A stretch of DNA of 50,941 bases, from assembly GCF_001194135.2 (NCBI RefSeq), contig NC_068982.1, forward strand, positions 34,004,290-34,055,230. The letters run 5' to 3'. A program made the position numbers and the translations under genes. The DNA is from Octopus bimaculoides (lineage: Eukaryota). Positions 21,754 through 32,392 of this stretch are shown piece after piece. Every line of letters begins with the position of its first letter. The stretch's first letter is position 1. The notes beneath the pieces were generated by a model. The model saw only the letters and a program-made list of their open reading frames with translations, had not been told where the DNA came from and did no database searches.

Positions 21754-23913
21754 GGAGGGAAATAAACACATACACACACACATGTATGTTCTCATATTTT
21801 CTTGCAAAGCATCTGGACATATCATCAATAATATTATATGTGTGTGTGTGCTTGCATGTGTGTGGTTGTATGAGTCAAGATTGGAAACTGAATTCTAAAT
21901 TCTGACATTGTTTGTGTCTTTTTAGAAAGGAAAAGAAACTGCTGCTAAAAGGACATCAAAGAACAATCCGCTGCAAACTTCAAAACTAGAAAAACTGGTG
22001 AGTAATGTTTAATGGTATTCTTTATAGAAATTATTGTTTGTCTTTTGAGTTTTCTACAATAATGATTTATTTTACATGCATTTTATATTATATGCAATGT
22101 GAAATGGAAGGGGTGTGACCTTTATGGAAAAAAAGAATATGATTGTCAAGAAATAAATATATAGAAAACAAAATTTCATATTATTCATTGCTATAATGCA
22201 CAGATCCTCATCCACTTGTATGTTATTGTTGGCACTGTAATAAACTCAACTAGAGCTACTAACAAGTTTTCCATACAACTTTTCATACAAGTTTTCATAT
22301 AAGTTTTCATACAAATTTCCATACAAGTTCCATACAAGTTCCATACAAGTTTCATACAAGTTTCCATACAAGTTTTCTAACAAGTTTTCCATACAGGTTT
22401 TCAAAATTTCCTGCGTGAATTCTTTATATCCTCGTCGCCACTGTTATAGTGTGGATCCTCGTCCAATTGTATGTTATTGTCGGCACTGTAATATTCTTGT
22501 CGCCACTATTATGTTGTGGTGGTATTCCACACCTTATTATCTTTGACTCATCTATCGTGCTGTGATAGCTTTGCAAGACGACTTTGTAACATCTACCTTG
22601 ACGGTAACTCAAACTTGTATATATCACATAACTGACACTGACTCCAACTGAGAACTCATACAACGACTCCACTACTATTGACCTCCTACAACAACTGACT
22701 GTCTGACTTTATAGTGGCTTCTCATACTACTTTGTCACTTTGCTTCCTCCATCTACTCTTCACAAGCCACTGCTAGTAATATTTCATCATGGACAAAAAC
22801 TGCAGTATCATCCTGTCAGTGGTGTATGTACATTAAGTATGATACATAAATGGCTATTTTAATTTAATACTGCTTCAATTAATATACACCAGATTTTTCT
22901 GGAGCCTAGTTGCTTTTCACTATATCAGTGAATATATTAGTTACTGTTCCCTTTATCTGAAGTGAGAATTTTTTTCTAAGGATGTGGTTGTATACGCACA
23001 TTATTGACACGGTCTAATAAGGCTGAAATACATCTGGCTTTCAAAGGAAAGTCAAGGCCAGTATATCAGAGAGAAAAAGCGAGAGACAACCACATGCACA
23101 ATTTGCCATGAGAGTCAAAAATGCTAGACTAAAAAACTTGAAGAGAGGAGGAGACTCAAATTGTTGGTTTAATGGATAGCTGGTTATTCTCCATTGAGTT
23201 AATCTGCCCTTGTAAACAGATGTTTTTTAAGTATGTCAGGGTATCTGTCCACAGTACACACACAAAGAGGAGAATCTTGAGTGATGTTGCTGCTGTAGTT
23301 GGCAGTGGCCTGGATCTGAAGTAGGTGGTATTAGTTTACATGATTACCAGTTACCAGTAGCTGATCATTTTCATTTGGCCTGACATAGTTTCATATCAGA
23401 GTAACTATTAGCTGGCAAGACATTCTTCTAGTGTGACAGTCTGAAATAGTAACATGTTGCTTTGGAACTATTTCACTGAAAAAGCAAGGTATTGCTCTCC
23501 TTTTCATTTGAATGCAAATAACATTGATTCTAATATACAAAACATTTTTTCTTAATTATTGACCTGAGTTTCTAGTTACAACTCCCAGATGCTCTGGAAT
23601 GCACCAACAGTAATGTTCCTGAGGTCACATGAGGTGTTTTAACAGCAGACCTCATCACAGTTGTTGATCCAGCCAGGATTGCATCTCAACATCAATAAAG
23701 CACAAACCTGCCTTCATTACCCAAAGCCACTTAATAGCTTTCTTAGTGGCTTCTGTGATAGAATGTATGACTGCTTAAAATTGTTGCATTATAAGAAATT
23801 TTTTTGTCATTTTATAATTTTGTATTTGTTAAATATCAATGAATATTCTTATAATTTTTGAATGAATTAATTTTAAATTTCAGAAAAAGGGATTTAAAGG
23901 ACTCTTGGAATAG
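4705..23913 (+). CDS. Myo28: Unconventional myosin with IQ + coiled coil + SH2 tail (class XXVIII-like); 3' portion, 11 coding exons, about 318 aa in window
   Basis: Exons 4705-4796, 7025-7186, 8488-8537, 8701-8855, 9770-9859, 13650-13767, 16058-16105, 18132-18209, 18443-18505, 21926-21997 and 23884-23913 all have AG/GT boundaries and phase-compatible, stop-free joins. The translation gives converter (G)[10 protein letters not shown] motif [16 protein letters not shown] and SH2 WFHGIISR...FLVRVSES...RHY...L..YH. The class name rests on domain architecture only; the motor domain lies upstream of the window. Confidence 0.85.
6303..6595. repeat. Degenerate minisatellite, unit about 25 bp (ATGATTTATTTGAGAGTCAGATAGA), roughly a dozen copies
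   Basis: Direct: recurring GATTTATTTGAGAGTCAGA core in a myosin intron. Confidence 0.85.
7025..7186 (+). CDS. Myosin exon: IQ motif and coiled coil ([30 protein letters not shown]...NVYEEV)
   Basis: AG acceptor at 7023-7024, GTAAGA donor at 7187; completes the IQ motif in frame with the previous exon. Confidence 0.88.
8488..8537 (+). CDS. Myosin exon ([16 protein letters not shown])
   Basis: TTTAG acceptor, GTAATC donor; phase 1 in, phase 0 out, fitting both neighbours. Confidence 0.75.
8701..8855 (+). CDS. Myosin exon: linker and SH2 start (…[12 protein letters not shown])
   Basis: TTTGCAG acceptor, GTAAAT donor; canonical SH2 opening motif WFHG.ISR. Confidence 0.9.
9115..9400 (+). mobile_element. 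Old tRNA-head SINE (related copies at about 3750-4010 on minus and 48713-49010 on plus)
   Basis: A/B-box-like head (GTGGTTAAG...GGTTTTGATTCT) followed by a TGAGCAAAACACTT...CACTCAG core shared among the copies. Confidence 0.5.
9770..9859 (+). CDS. Myosin exon: SH2 core ([30 protein letters not shown])
   Basis: Poly-T + CAG acceptor, GTAAGG donor; FLVR.SES motif. Confidence 0.92.
10040..10340 (-). mobile_element. (GAT)n-tailed SINE / RTE-type 3' repeat, reverse orientation
   Basis: Reverse complement of the copies at 10745-11091, 12452-12962, 18910-19285 and 21550-21722. Confidence 0.85.
10745..11091 (+). mobile_element. (GAT)n-tailed SINE / RTE-type 3' repeat
   Basis: Ends CATGCTAGCATGGAAAGCGGACGTTAAACGACGAT; near-identical to the other copies. 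Confidence 0.85.
11842..11990 (-). mobile_element. piggyBac transposase fragment
   Basis: Translation [24 protein letters not shown] matches the conserved piggyBac/PGBD motif QYMPxKPxKWGIKxWxxCDSxTG. The rest is hidden in the N gap 11092-11841. Confidence 0.8.
12452..12962 (+). mobile_element. Longest copy of the (GAT)n-tailed SINE / RTE-type repeat
   Basis: Its 5' part matches the reverse complement of 41265-41370, its 3' part matches the other copies, and it ends in (GAT)n. Confidence 0.85.
13650..13767 (+). CDS. Myosin exon: SH2 C-half ([39 protein letters not shown])
   Basis: TTTCTCAG acceptor, GTATAA donor; betaD RHY and alphaB L..LI.YH pattern. Confidence 0.9.
13861..13998. repeat. 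Perfect tandem duplication, 2 x 69 bp
   Basis: Direct: 13861-13929 equals 13930-13998. Confidence 0.92.
16058..16105 (+). CDS. Myosin exon: SH2 end ([16 protein letters not shown])
   Basis: TTAG acceptor, GTGAGT donor; L..PC closes many SH2 domains. Confidence 0.8.
17440..17790 (+). mobile_element. Gypsy/Ty3 LTR element 5' remnant (LTR end, PBS-like site, gag start)
   Basis: ...GATACA followed by TGGTGATGAGG (17553). ORF 17581-17763 ([24 protein letters not shown], then a stop, then YKDIF) resembles the F.Y.PD.G.TF..W..RY.D.F gag N-terminus of invertebrate gypsy elements. Confidence 0.55.
18132..18209 (+). CDS. Myosin tail exon ([26 protein letters not shown])
   Basis: TTGCAG acceptor, GTAAGT donor, phase 0-0. 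Confidence 0.7.
18443..18505 (+). CDS. Myosin tail exon, Pro-rich ([21 protein letters not shown])
   Basis: Pyrimidine tract + TAG acceptor, GTAAGT donor, phase 0-0. Confidence 0.72.
18910..19285 (+). mobile_element. (GAT)n-tailed SINE copy, split by a 10-N gap with duplicated overlap
   Basis: Same family as 10745-11091; 19085-19159 is repeated at 19170-19247. Confidence 0.8.
21550..21722 (+). mobile_element. 5'-truncated (GAT)n-tailed SINE copy
   Basis: Same 3' sequence as the other copies; begins directly after a (TA)n run. Confidence 0.8.
21926..21997 (+). CDS. Myosin tail exon ([24 protein letters not shown])
   Basis: TTTTTAG acceptor, GTGAGT donor, phase 0-0. Confidence 0.7.
22258..22400. 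repeat. 11-13 bp minisatellite (CATACAAGTTTT variants)
   Basis: Direct: about a dozen tandem units. Confidence 0.85.
23884..23913 (+). CDS. Myosin terminal coding exon (KKGFKGLLE-stop)
   Basis: TTTCAG acceptor, TAG stop, followed by an AT-rich UTR with three AATAAA. Confidence 0.62.
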   Translation, partial: KKGFKGLLE

Positions 23914-24133
23914 ATTAAATTTACTCTCAAGTTAGTTTTGAGAGCAAGAACAAACTTCACCTGACCATCAGTAATCAATATGGATGACACAAAGATATTT
24001 TAATTCCATATGACCTAATAAGTGTTGACAAAATCATGGCATTTTACTTGGAACAATATTCTAATCCACTAATTCAGTTATGTTAATCAGAAGACTGTGT
24101 GACATTTTCCCTCATTTTTATCAAATTTTATCC

Positions 24134-24230
24134 AATAAAAGTACATTTAATACATCAAAAAAAATCTATTTTCTTACTGATTGTTTATGAAATAAAATGT
24201 GATGGTAAATCATTTATTTAAATCAATAAA
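24134..24230 (+). terminator. Cluster of polyadenylation signals for the myosin gene
   Basis: AATAAA at 24134, 24191 and 24225, 220-320 nt after the predicted stop. Confidence 0.5.
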
Positions 24231-24994
24231 GCATATACAAATAAATATTATAGATTAATTCAAACTAATGCATAAACTGTTATTAACTGGTAATTTTACC
24301 TGTGTTTTTGTTTTTTTTTATTTGTTTTGTGCTGTTCTGATGTGTCATCTGTGCATTTCACAAAGAAAATGCAGTTTATAGTGAAAAGCATCAGAGAATT
24401 ACTAACGAGTGTTCGTTATTTCAATCTATTCTTCTGAAATACAAATATAAGGTTCTCACAGTTATTCCTGTAATTATGAATGCCAATTCTGATGATCTTG
24501 AGCTGTTGTATTATTCAACTTATTCCACTGCTTTTTCAGTATGAACACAGAGGTGTTCAGCAGATTTTTTATATAACCTACAACTCAAATATAGTTCCTT
24601 TGAAGCAATACATTTAACTATTTTCTCTGTTCAGATCATCTTTGTTAATGTTACTATCATCTATCATTAAGCTCATGATTATATTCAGAGCCACAACAAC
24701 ATCCTTGTTTGCATGTAGTAGTAAATGATCTGATCCTGCAGCACAGCATTCCCAATCATTTCAATGTAGGCATCCTCATATAAATGTGAGCCTTACTGCA
24801 GTCAAATGATGTTGCACACAAAATGGCTACCACACTTCTCGTTTTTATTCAGTAATCGTCATTGTCATCGTCATCATCATTATTTTAACGTACACTTTTC
24901 CATGCTTCTGTGTATCAGATGGAGTATGTTGAAGCAGATTTTCAATAGCTGGATGCTCATGGAAACCTCACAAAACTACTGTTGCCCAGACCAC

Positions 24995-27830
24995 TGAAAC
25001 AAGTGTCCTCTCCCTATCCTCCTCATTCTACTGGTGCATGTTCAAAGTAGGCTTGTTTACTCAAACTATCTTGGCACTCATCCACCTTTCAACAAAATTT
25101 GCTTGGAGACAGCATTTTCCTCTCTACTCTCATTTTCCTTTTCAAATGAAAAGTTGAGGCCTAACCAAAGAGGATGGTGTGTTTTCAGCCCTTTCAGTCA
25201 AATCTACCACACAACCTCTTTCGTTAAGGCCACCAAGCAGATAAAAATTGCCAGTCCTTCTTGGCCAAAGATTGCTGGATCCATCCTACACATGACAACA
25301 TGTATTCAACATAACTTCGTTAATAAGCAATGCTTAGGCACCGGACGAATGTGTAAAATGTGTTTTGTTGTTTTGTATGCATCTTGGACATGCCTGGTTG
25401 AGATATTTATTAAAATTAACAATAAGCCCCAGCTCGAAAGTCCTCTGGAAATTCCAATTGATTCTTGTTGAATTAGTCCCCTTAAGAACTTCGTTGCTCT
25501 TGCCCTCCACGGACCCTCAATGGAACCCAAAAATAAGACTTCCCCTGACTGCATTGCTTGCCCAGTAAAAAGTTGTGGGCACCTGACAACATTCCAGGTG
25601 TCAGGTACCTTTGGTCTATGCATGATCCAGGACTGAAGCTTGTCAAAGGAACGAACTGTGGAAAAGCGAGTCTGACAAACAGCAATCACAACTGCTTACC
25701 ATCAAGGAAATGCTGGAGATGTTGCAGCATTAGCACATGTCTACACATCATCAGTCGCGATATACCCATTCCTACATTCAACGGGTGTTAATAACAAATG
25801 GAGCTCCTGGCTAGTGAATGCGTCCCTTCTTCAGAAAATGGCAGAGCAGGCGCTCCAGTCCAGTAAGATATGAACTGGGCAAAGTACGACAGCCATGCAT
25901 AATGTAAGCGTTCGCCACCTCTACTCAACCTTTTAGGGATAGCTTTGTCTAGGCCAATTTCATCCCAGTTCCTTTTTGCTTGGCAACCTGGACCAAATTA
26001 GACCCCGAGCAATTTAACCGATCCGTCTGTCCAGCGCGCCATGACGTTGTTGGATAGCATAGGCCTTCTTCTCTAGGCGTTGAACTGCAGGCTCATTGGA
26101 TTTTCATGGTTGATTTTTACTCATGTCATTGCCTAGTAATCCCTTAGAACAGTGCTGATCACGTAGATATGTCTGATATCGACACTATGACCGTGACGTC
26201 GTCCGTGTAAGCTGATACGGTTCTTCCACATTCTAGTTGACGCAAGACACCTTTCGAAGTATCTAGTTTCTGAAGTTGCACATACAGAAGAGACCACTAG
26301 GGACAGCCTCGGCGGACCGAACGCACAATACGATAGTTGATCGTTTACAAAAGCCACCGTGCAGATATCGCAGTACATTACAACAATCCAACTGCGGAAG
26401 ATAGGACTAAGACTGGCCGCCATGTGAAGAGCCGCTAAGTATTGATGGTCAACCTAATCAAAAACTTTTGATTGATCTAAATTGATCATGGCCCCAGTCA
26501 CAGCAGTTTCTTTATCCACCCTCTCTACGACGTATTACATGAGGCGGAAATCGTCGTGGATTGATCTGTTCGGAACAACGTACCGCATGTTTGCGCATCA
26601 CTAATTAGCCTATCGACGATAAGCGCCAACCTCTTTGCTAACACCTTTGCCAAAATTTTGAAATCTGCGTTTAACAGAGTTATAGGCCGAAAATTATCAA
26701 AGATATTTCCCTTTATTTGAGTCCTTTCTCAGCAGTACCACCGTTCTTCGACTCAGAACTGGGAATTATCCTGTTCTGCTGCCAGCTGCAGTAGATATCT
26801 GTCAAATGGTTTCCTCACAAGTCTGGCATATAAAAATAAAGCTTGTCCCGTAGTTTTTGTTGGTGTTGTATTGTAGCGACGTGGGATGTGTTGACTGCGT
26901 GAAGAATAACTGAAGCAAACCCACGAACCTTTGACGTTAATATTTATTGCCGAACATGATATTTTGTGTTGGTTATTTACAATGAAAGATGCTAATAGTA
27001 CAATTGCCGACTGGGAGAAGAGAAAACTGCGCAGTATCAGTAGAAAACTGCCTATAAGACATCGTATGAATGTTCAAAATCAGTCTGTCCGAGTACCCCA
27101 AGTTGTCTGCGCAGAAGTCTGAAGCCATCTGGTCGTCTGCTTGGTGAATTAGGCGCCAACGGTAAAAAGAGGATAAATTCTAGAACAGCCGAGAAGCCAA
27201 GTCAGAGTAGGGTTCGAATCTCTACAAGCTGGTGGGGACAGACCATTCACGCCAAGAGATTTGCACTCACCTTCCGTGCAAACAACCATGGCTTCCTCTA
27301 TTCCCTGCGACTGTTATCGATTTTTCACAACACTCTGCCTCTCTTACCTTGAGTCGCGGCTGGCCGTCGAAGGAGGTACTGAAATCCATCCTGCGTTCCG
27401 GTCCGCTATTCATCCTGAAAAGCTCGACCGAAATGGTGCTGCAAAACCGAACACATTTACTTGAAATCAAGTAACATGCGCCTATTATGGCCCGCCAAAG
27501 ACCGAATAGTATCTTTGTTGCAAAGTTGCGCCTCCACCACTTGGGCCATCTCCTCGTGTTTTAGAGCACGAGCCTTATCTCTGACAGTGCAGCTTCCGTG
27601 CTTTGCATTGAAGAATTGGATGAGGAGCAATCTTACCGCGAGCACATCGGTTGCGATGCCTCTCCTGAACGCCTCTTCAAAATGTCCTTTTATTCTATTT
27701 CTCTTTATCGCTACGATCTTATACCTTATCGTGTCTACTCTAATCTCCCTTTTCAGGGCGAACCATCATTTGTTGTTCATGATTGCCCCCGTTAACTGAT
27801 TTGCTAATCCGGTCACTGTAACCTTGGCAA
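24995..27830 (-). mobile_element. Decayed Tx1/L1-clade LINE (ORF1 remnant, RT and C-terminal region, internally deleted)
   Basis: Minus-strand 26420-26700 translates to DNFRPITLLNADFKILAKVLAKRL...MINLDQSKVFD*VDHQYL, the RT domain 1-3 motifs of L1/Tx1. The 25030-25170 region gives FHLKRKMRVERKML, C-terminus-like. Many stops and frameshifts. Confidence 0.8.
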
Positions 27831-28639
27831 CGCGTCCAGCTTCCAGTAACCAGATCCCCGCATGTGAAGCCTATCTAGGTCAACCAAACATATCACAAAT
27901 GTATGGTCTGTGTAGCTGACGATTTTTAAAATGTAGATACTCTATGCTGGTCTGATGTCGTTTGTCCATATCTGTATTGGCGCATTCAAGAAATCCATTC
28001 GGTACCCGTCAGAAGCTGGAAGCGTTAGAGCAGGTTTGCGGGAAGGTGAATCTGAAAGCATCAAATTCAGTACTGGTACTTATTTTAGCGACTCCAGAAG
28101 ATGAAAGGCAAAGTCGACATCGGTGGCATTTGAACTCCGAACGTAAATAGCCGGAAGAAATGTCGCTAAACATTTTGTCCAATGCATTAAGATTCTAAGA
28201 AGAACGTTAATGGTATCAATCTCACCAGTCTAGGAGGCCTTCGGAGCCCATGAGCACTGCTCCTTCCCCCAAACCTAGAAAAAAAAAGTGTGGAAGACAA
28301 CTTAGGGCATGTTTTGGTCTTATTTAGTTACGGCAGCGAGACTTCATTGTATCTTTGACTTCATTTGTTAAAGTAGCGATGAGAGAATCACTACAAGGTA
28401 GGACGGGGGAAATTATATTAAAAAAAAAGGTAACGTTTATCACTCCTGGGTACCATCCACAGTTTGGCGAGTTGGGTGCTAATAAAGGGCTAAAAAATGA
28501 TAAACAAGAAAGAAGTATAGAAACAAATGCGAAAAGCGTATTCAGATGCGATGATTCTCAAGACACTGTGCATCAGCATGCATGGCACTTATTTAAAAAC
28601 AAGAAAACAACAGGTGGGATGTGGAGAATCTAAGACTGT

Positions 28640-29160
28640 AGCTTGGTTGTATCGAAAAGTTTTGATGGCTACCTTTCATTTGTTGGTCAGAAAGCTCTGA
28701 ATCCAGTTTCGAAGCACTTTCACTTAATATATGCGAAAAACATGGGTTTTAAAGTTCACTTTTGTCGGAAACCCCGAGGAGAAAATTCGAGTTTACACAA
28801 CTCCCTGCTTTTTATTTCTCACTGTTCTAGAAAACACAATAGATGTGCTTCTGGAAATGACTTTGACTGTGAGCAAGGATTGTCAATAAACATATAGTGT
28901 CGCTTCTCTGTTATAATATCTTTAAAAAATTGTCGAAAATGTTAGGATCAAACTGTCTCAGGTGGATGATTGTAGTTTCCATTCAGCTTTTGGATTATGT
29001 GACTCGAGTAAATGTTTGGAATATCAGACTAAAGTTATGGGAGACTTCAACCACAAATGCTAACAAGAAAGGAAAATACATTTATTGGGGGTCTAAAGAT
29101 GGCAGCAATTTGAAGTTGATTAGTCAATTCTTTTCAATGAATCCAGAGATAGCGCTACTA
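28640..29160 (+). mobile_element. Possible decayed hAT (Charlie/Buster-like) transposase remnant
   Basis: Weak peptide echoes: FDGYLSFVGQK (cf. TDGAPxMxGxK) and RLKLWE (cf. AFxxKLxLW). Fragmentary. Confidence 0.3.
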
Positions 29161-29804
29161 CAGCAACTGTGAATGGTCATTGAATGCGATTGAAATTTCA
29201 TAAGAAAGAATCACAAGGCGGATTTTTCAAGCCTAGCCAATCGGCAGGAAACTTGGAGTACACCAAGAACGAAATAGTTGGATAACATCTCTAGCAGGGA
29301 TTCTCAACGTGGGGTCTAGGAAAATTGTGGTGGGACCTAAGATCCAATTTTTTTTAATGGATGGTCATTGAAGCTAGAGCTTCTAGAGAGAGATAAATGA
29401 CTAAATATGACTACGTAATTTGACTTGTTTGTATATGTATACTTAATGATTCTGAATCGGTTATGCATAGAGACATAACTAACTAGTACTCTTCTACAAG
29501 AACATTATGTAACGAAAAAGTGCTTCGTGAACATGCAGAGATAAGCTCAAATCCTCTCAAGTCCTTTCAATAAGAAATGTGAAAGTCATGCCCTGTATGA
29601 AGAATATACTAAAGGAATCAGTTGCATCTGGTATAATTTAATGTTCCCACGTAATTTTAAAGCTACATAATTAGACTTAAAAAATCATACCTTTCTACGA
29701 TAAAATAGTAAAGCATTAGGGTTTTTCGTTTTTTACTGAAGCACAAAGTTAAAAATTTGAGATAAGGATATAATCGACTAAATGGACTCTAATATTGGTT
29801 TCAA

Positions 29805-29982
29805 ATTTCGGTACAAGGCCAGCAAGTTCGGGGAAGGGGACAAGTCGATTACATCGACCCCCAGTGCCCAACTGGTACTTATTTTATCAATCCTGAAAGG
29901 ATGAAAGACAAAGTCGACCACGGCGGAATCTGAACTCAGAACGTAAAGACAGACGAAATGCCGCTAAGCATTTTGCCCGGCA
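29805..29982 (-). mobile_element. tRNA-derived SINE (further copies at about 12345-12450, 27975-28200, 33060-33225, 43585-44700, and on plus at 42730-42915, 49915-50060)
   Basis: Minus strand carries a B-box (CTGAGTTCAGATTCCGCC) and a shared body GTCGACTTTG...CAGTTGGCACTGGGGGTCGATGTAATCGAC; multiple dispersed copies in the window. Confidence 0.75.
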
Positions 29983-30467
29983 TAAAACAAAATGGACTGT
30001 TATATTGACTAGTATTATTTTATCAACATCATTTTCATAAATTTATTCGTAACATCCACGCTTGTTTTCAAACTTTTAGTTAGCCCTTGTTTCATTTGTT
30101 ATAAAGAAAGATTTATATCTTTCCTTTCATAAATTTCAAATTACTCTGGTAGTTAAAAAAAATTGGGAGTGTGTATCTTATATAATGCATGGACGGCAGG
30201 GAAATTAGTCCTGTTTATCACATATGATACATGAACAGGCAAAGAATAAAAGACTAAATTAACCCGAAATCTTCTACTACCGCTTCGCTTCCACCAGTTA
30301 ATTAAAGTCAGAACGTAACTAAATAAAGCAAAGTATTAAGTCTGGTGCGCTACAGATTTTGTTAACAAATTTTGAAATATGAATTAATTATTGACTTTCA
30401 TAATCAATTAAAAAAGAAGCAAAATTTTCAATAACCGTATAAGCAATGTATTTCTTAATGAATACAA

Positions 30468-32120
30468 TTAACCGTTCATAATAATGTTGGATGCTGTACG
30501 AATGTGAGAAGCAGCAATTGGAGACATGGGGAATGTGGTTCTCATACCAAGACATTTTTCTCGATCGATAAATAATGTATTGTTCTTAATAGCGAGGTCT
30601 TCTTCAAGTGTCGATTTCATTCGAAGTAAATCTTGTAAGGCATCTTCAGCATTATTTAGCTTCTTTTTCAAAATTTCCAGACTGTCGTATATTTCCTCAA
30701 CTTCTTCTACCAGACGTATCTGGGCATGATCACGACAGGCTTCAACATCCGGGCGTCGTAGACGTGTATTCAATCGACTCTGTGCTACTTTAAGCGGATT
30801 CTGTTTGTCTTGTATACACTTTTTAAGGTATTCAATATTTTTGTTCATATCAAATATTTCCTGAAGTACTTTCGCTAAGTGGGCCTGTAATTTATTTCTT
30901 GCAAGTAGTGTTTCTTGAATTCGATCGGTTAGATTTTGGTTGGTTTGATTCCATTGATGCCACATATCATTGCAACAATTCAATAATGTAGTATCAATTT
31001 CATTTCGAAGATGTTTCGATGCTGCTCGTTCGGCTTGTGAACGTTTGATATTATTGTTTGTAAACATACACCATGTTTCAGGAGTAGATACGGTATTATC
31101 AATTCTTTCAACACCAAAATGGTAGTTGACACCTACAGATGGAGCTCGCATTTGGAAAGCAGATTCATCTAGGTTGTTTGCAATAAATTTTGCACCTGAA
31201 TCTCTCTCGAGTTCGTGTAGAGCAGCTCGTAGAAGATTTAATTGCGCATTAGCTTTCTCTATCATGTTCCGAAATTTATCTTGACATCTCCTAATTGTTT
31301 CTACTTCTTGAATTAATGCTTTTTCCGGAGCATCGTGAACTAGATCAATACTTTGTCGTTTTTCTCTGTTGTAGAGACATTCTCGTGTTAAATTCAGAAC
31401 ATTTTCTGATTCAGCCAATGCTTTTTCCACTAAACGTTTTGCTTCTGTCAAAGCAGATATTTCGTTCAAGATCGCATCTGTTTCTATAAGGAGTTCGTTT
31501 TTCCAGAAAGTAGTGTCATTTATTCTCTCGCCAAGTTTTTTTCCAACATCCCCCTGAGTGCGGCTGGTTTTGTCGTCAACTTCTTTACATGTTCGCAAAG
31601 TGTTTAATCGAAGTCGTTCTGCGCCGTGCCGTAAATAGTCCGACGTATTGTAGTTAGCATTATTAGAAGCTGCCCATTCATTAGGTGTATAACGTGTATA
31701 CAAAGCATTGCGAGATGACTGGAATATTCCTGGCAGAGAGACGGGGTCAATTTTTCCGATCTGTGAGCAACAGCATATTGGATCAGAGACTCGCTTACAA
31801 ATTGGTCGAGATGTGTTCACTTTGGAAGCTTGGTAATAAGTTCCGGGCCTCCATGGTAAAACAGTAAGTGACTGACGTACATATGGTGGTGCCATAATGT
31901 AATCTTTTGTTGGAAATACAGATTGACTCTGAGCAATTGAAGGCAAATTCGTTGAATTCATCAATGGTTCTCTAAACTGTCCTTTGCACTGCCCCCGATG
32001 ATATATATCTGTAGACAATGGATCTTCCGGACGGTTTCCCAACCTAATGCGATCACAGCTGTAAAGGGCAGAAGAATGAGGTGCATTTTCACAAAACGAT
32101 GTTTCGTTAAGAGTCTCCAT
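30468..32120 (-). CDS. TEKT3: Tektin-3-like (tektin 3/5 class) axonemal filament protein, 550 aa, intronless
   Basis: Single uninterrupted ORF. RYTPNEW...R..AERLR...T, LGERINDTTFWKNEL, CLYNREKRQSIDLVHD and the signature RPDVEACRD followed by LV.EV.EI all match the tektin family; the long N-terminal extension is typical of TEKT3/5. Confidence 0.93.
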   Translation of the reverse strand: METLNETSFCENAPHSSALYSCDRIRLGNRPEDPLSTDIYHRGQCKGQFREPLMNSTNLPSIAQSQSVFPTKDYIMAPPYVRQSLTVLPWRPGTYYQASKVNTSRPICKRVSDPICCCSQIGKIDPVSLPGIFQSSRNALYTRYTPNEWAASNNANYNTSDYLRHGAERLRLNTLRTCKEVDDKTSRTQGDVGKKLGERINDTTFWKNELLIETDAILNEISALTEAKRLVEKALAESENVLNLTRECLYNREKRQSIDLVHDAPEKALIQEVETIRRCQDKFRNMIEKANAQLNLLRAALHELERDSGAKFIANNLDESAFQMRAPSVGVNYHFGVERIDNTVSTPETWCMFTNNNIKRSQAERAASKHLRNEIDTTLLNCCNDMWHQWNQTNQNLTDRIQETLLARNKLQAHLAKVLQEIFDMNKNIEYLKKCIQDKQNPLKVAQSRLNTRLRRPDVEACRDHAQIRLVEEVEEIYDSLEILKKKLNNAEDALQDLLRMKSTLEEDLAIKNNTLFIDREKCLGMRTTFPMSPIAASHIRTASNIIMNG

Positions 32121-32149
32121 TTGAAATAGATATATTTAGGCAGAAATCA

Positions 32150-32340
32150 AAATCTTTTTACCAATTGATCTACTTACTACTACAAATCAAACAATGACGT
32201 AAAGAAATCGCACATCTTAAGAGGCTGCTTCTCGACAACTAAACAATTTAAACAAACGCGATGAGTTATTTACATAACGTTCAAATTATTTGGCGCGTTT
32301 TATCGTTAGAAGCGTTCAAAATGGCGTCCGATGACAACAT
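32150..32340. promoter_or_regulatory. CpG-enriched promoter region of the tektin, possibly bidirectional
   Basis: Local CpG enrichment; CRE-like TGACGTAA at about 32195; X-box half sites GACAAC at about 32233 and ATGACAAC at 32331; YY1-like AAAATGGCG at 32318. Short motifs, weak on their own. Confidence 0.35.
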
Positions 32341-32392
32341 TCGATTAAAATTCGTATTGAATTGTGGATATTTCAATGAGAAACAAAAGCTG
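32321..32392 (+). CDS. Candidate first coding exon of an unidentified gene, head-to-head with the tektin (MASDDNIRLKFVLNCGYFNEKQKL)
   Basis: CAAAATGGCG start context, 24 open codons, CTG|GTGAGG donor, CpG-enriched surroundings. No recognised homology. Confidence 0.4.
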
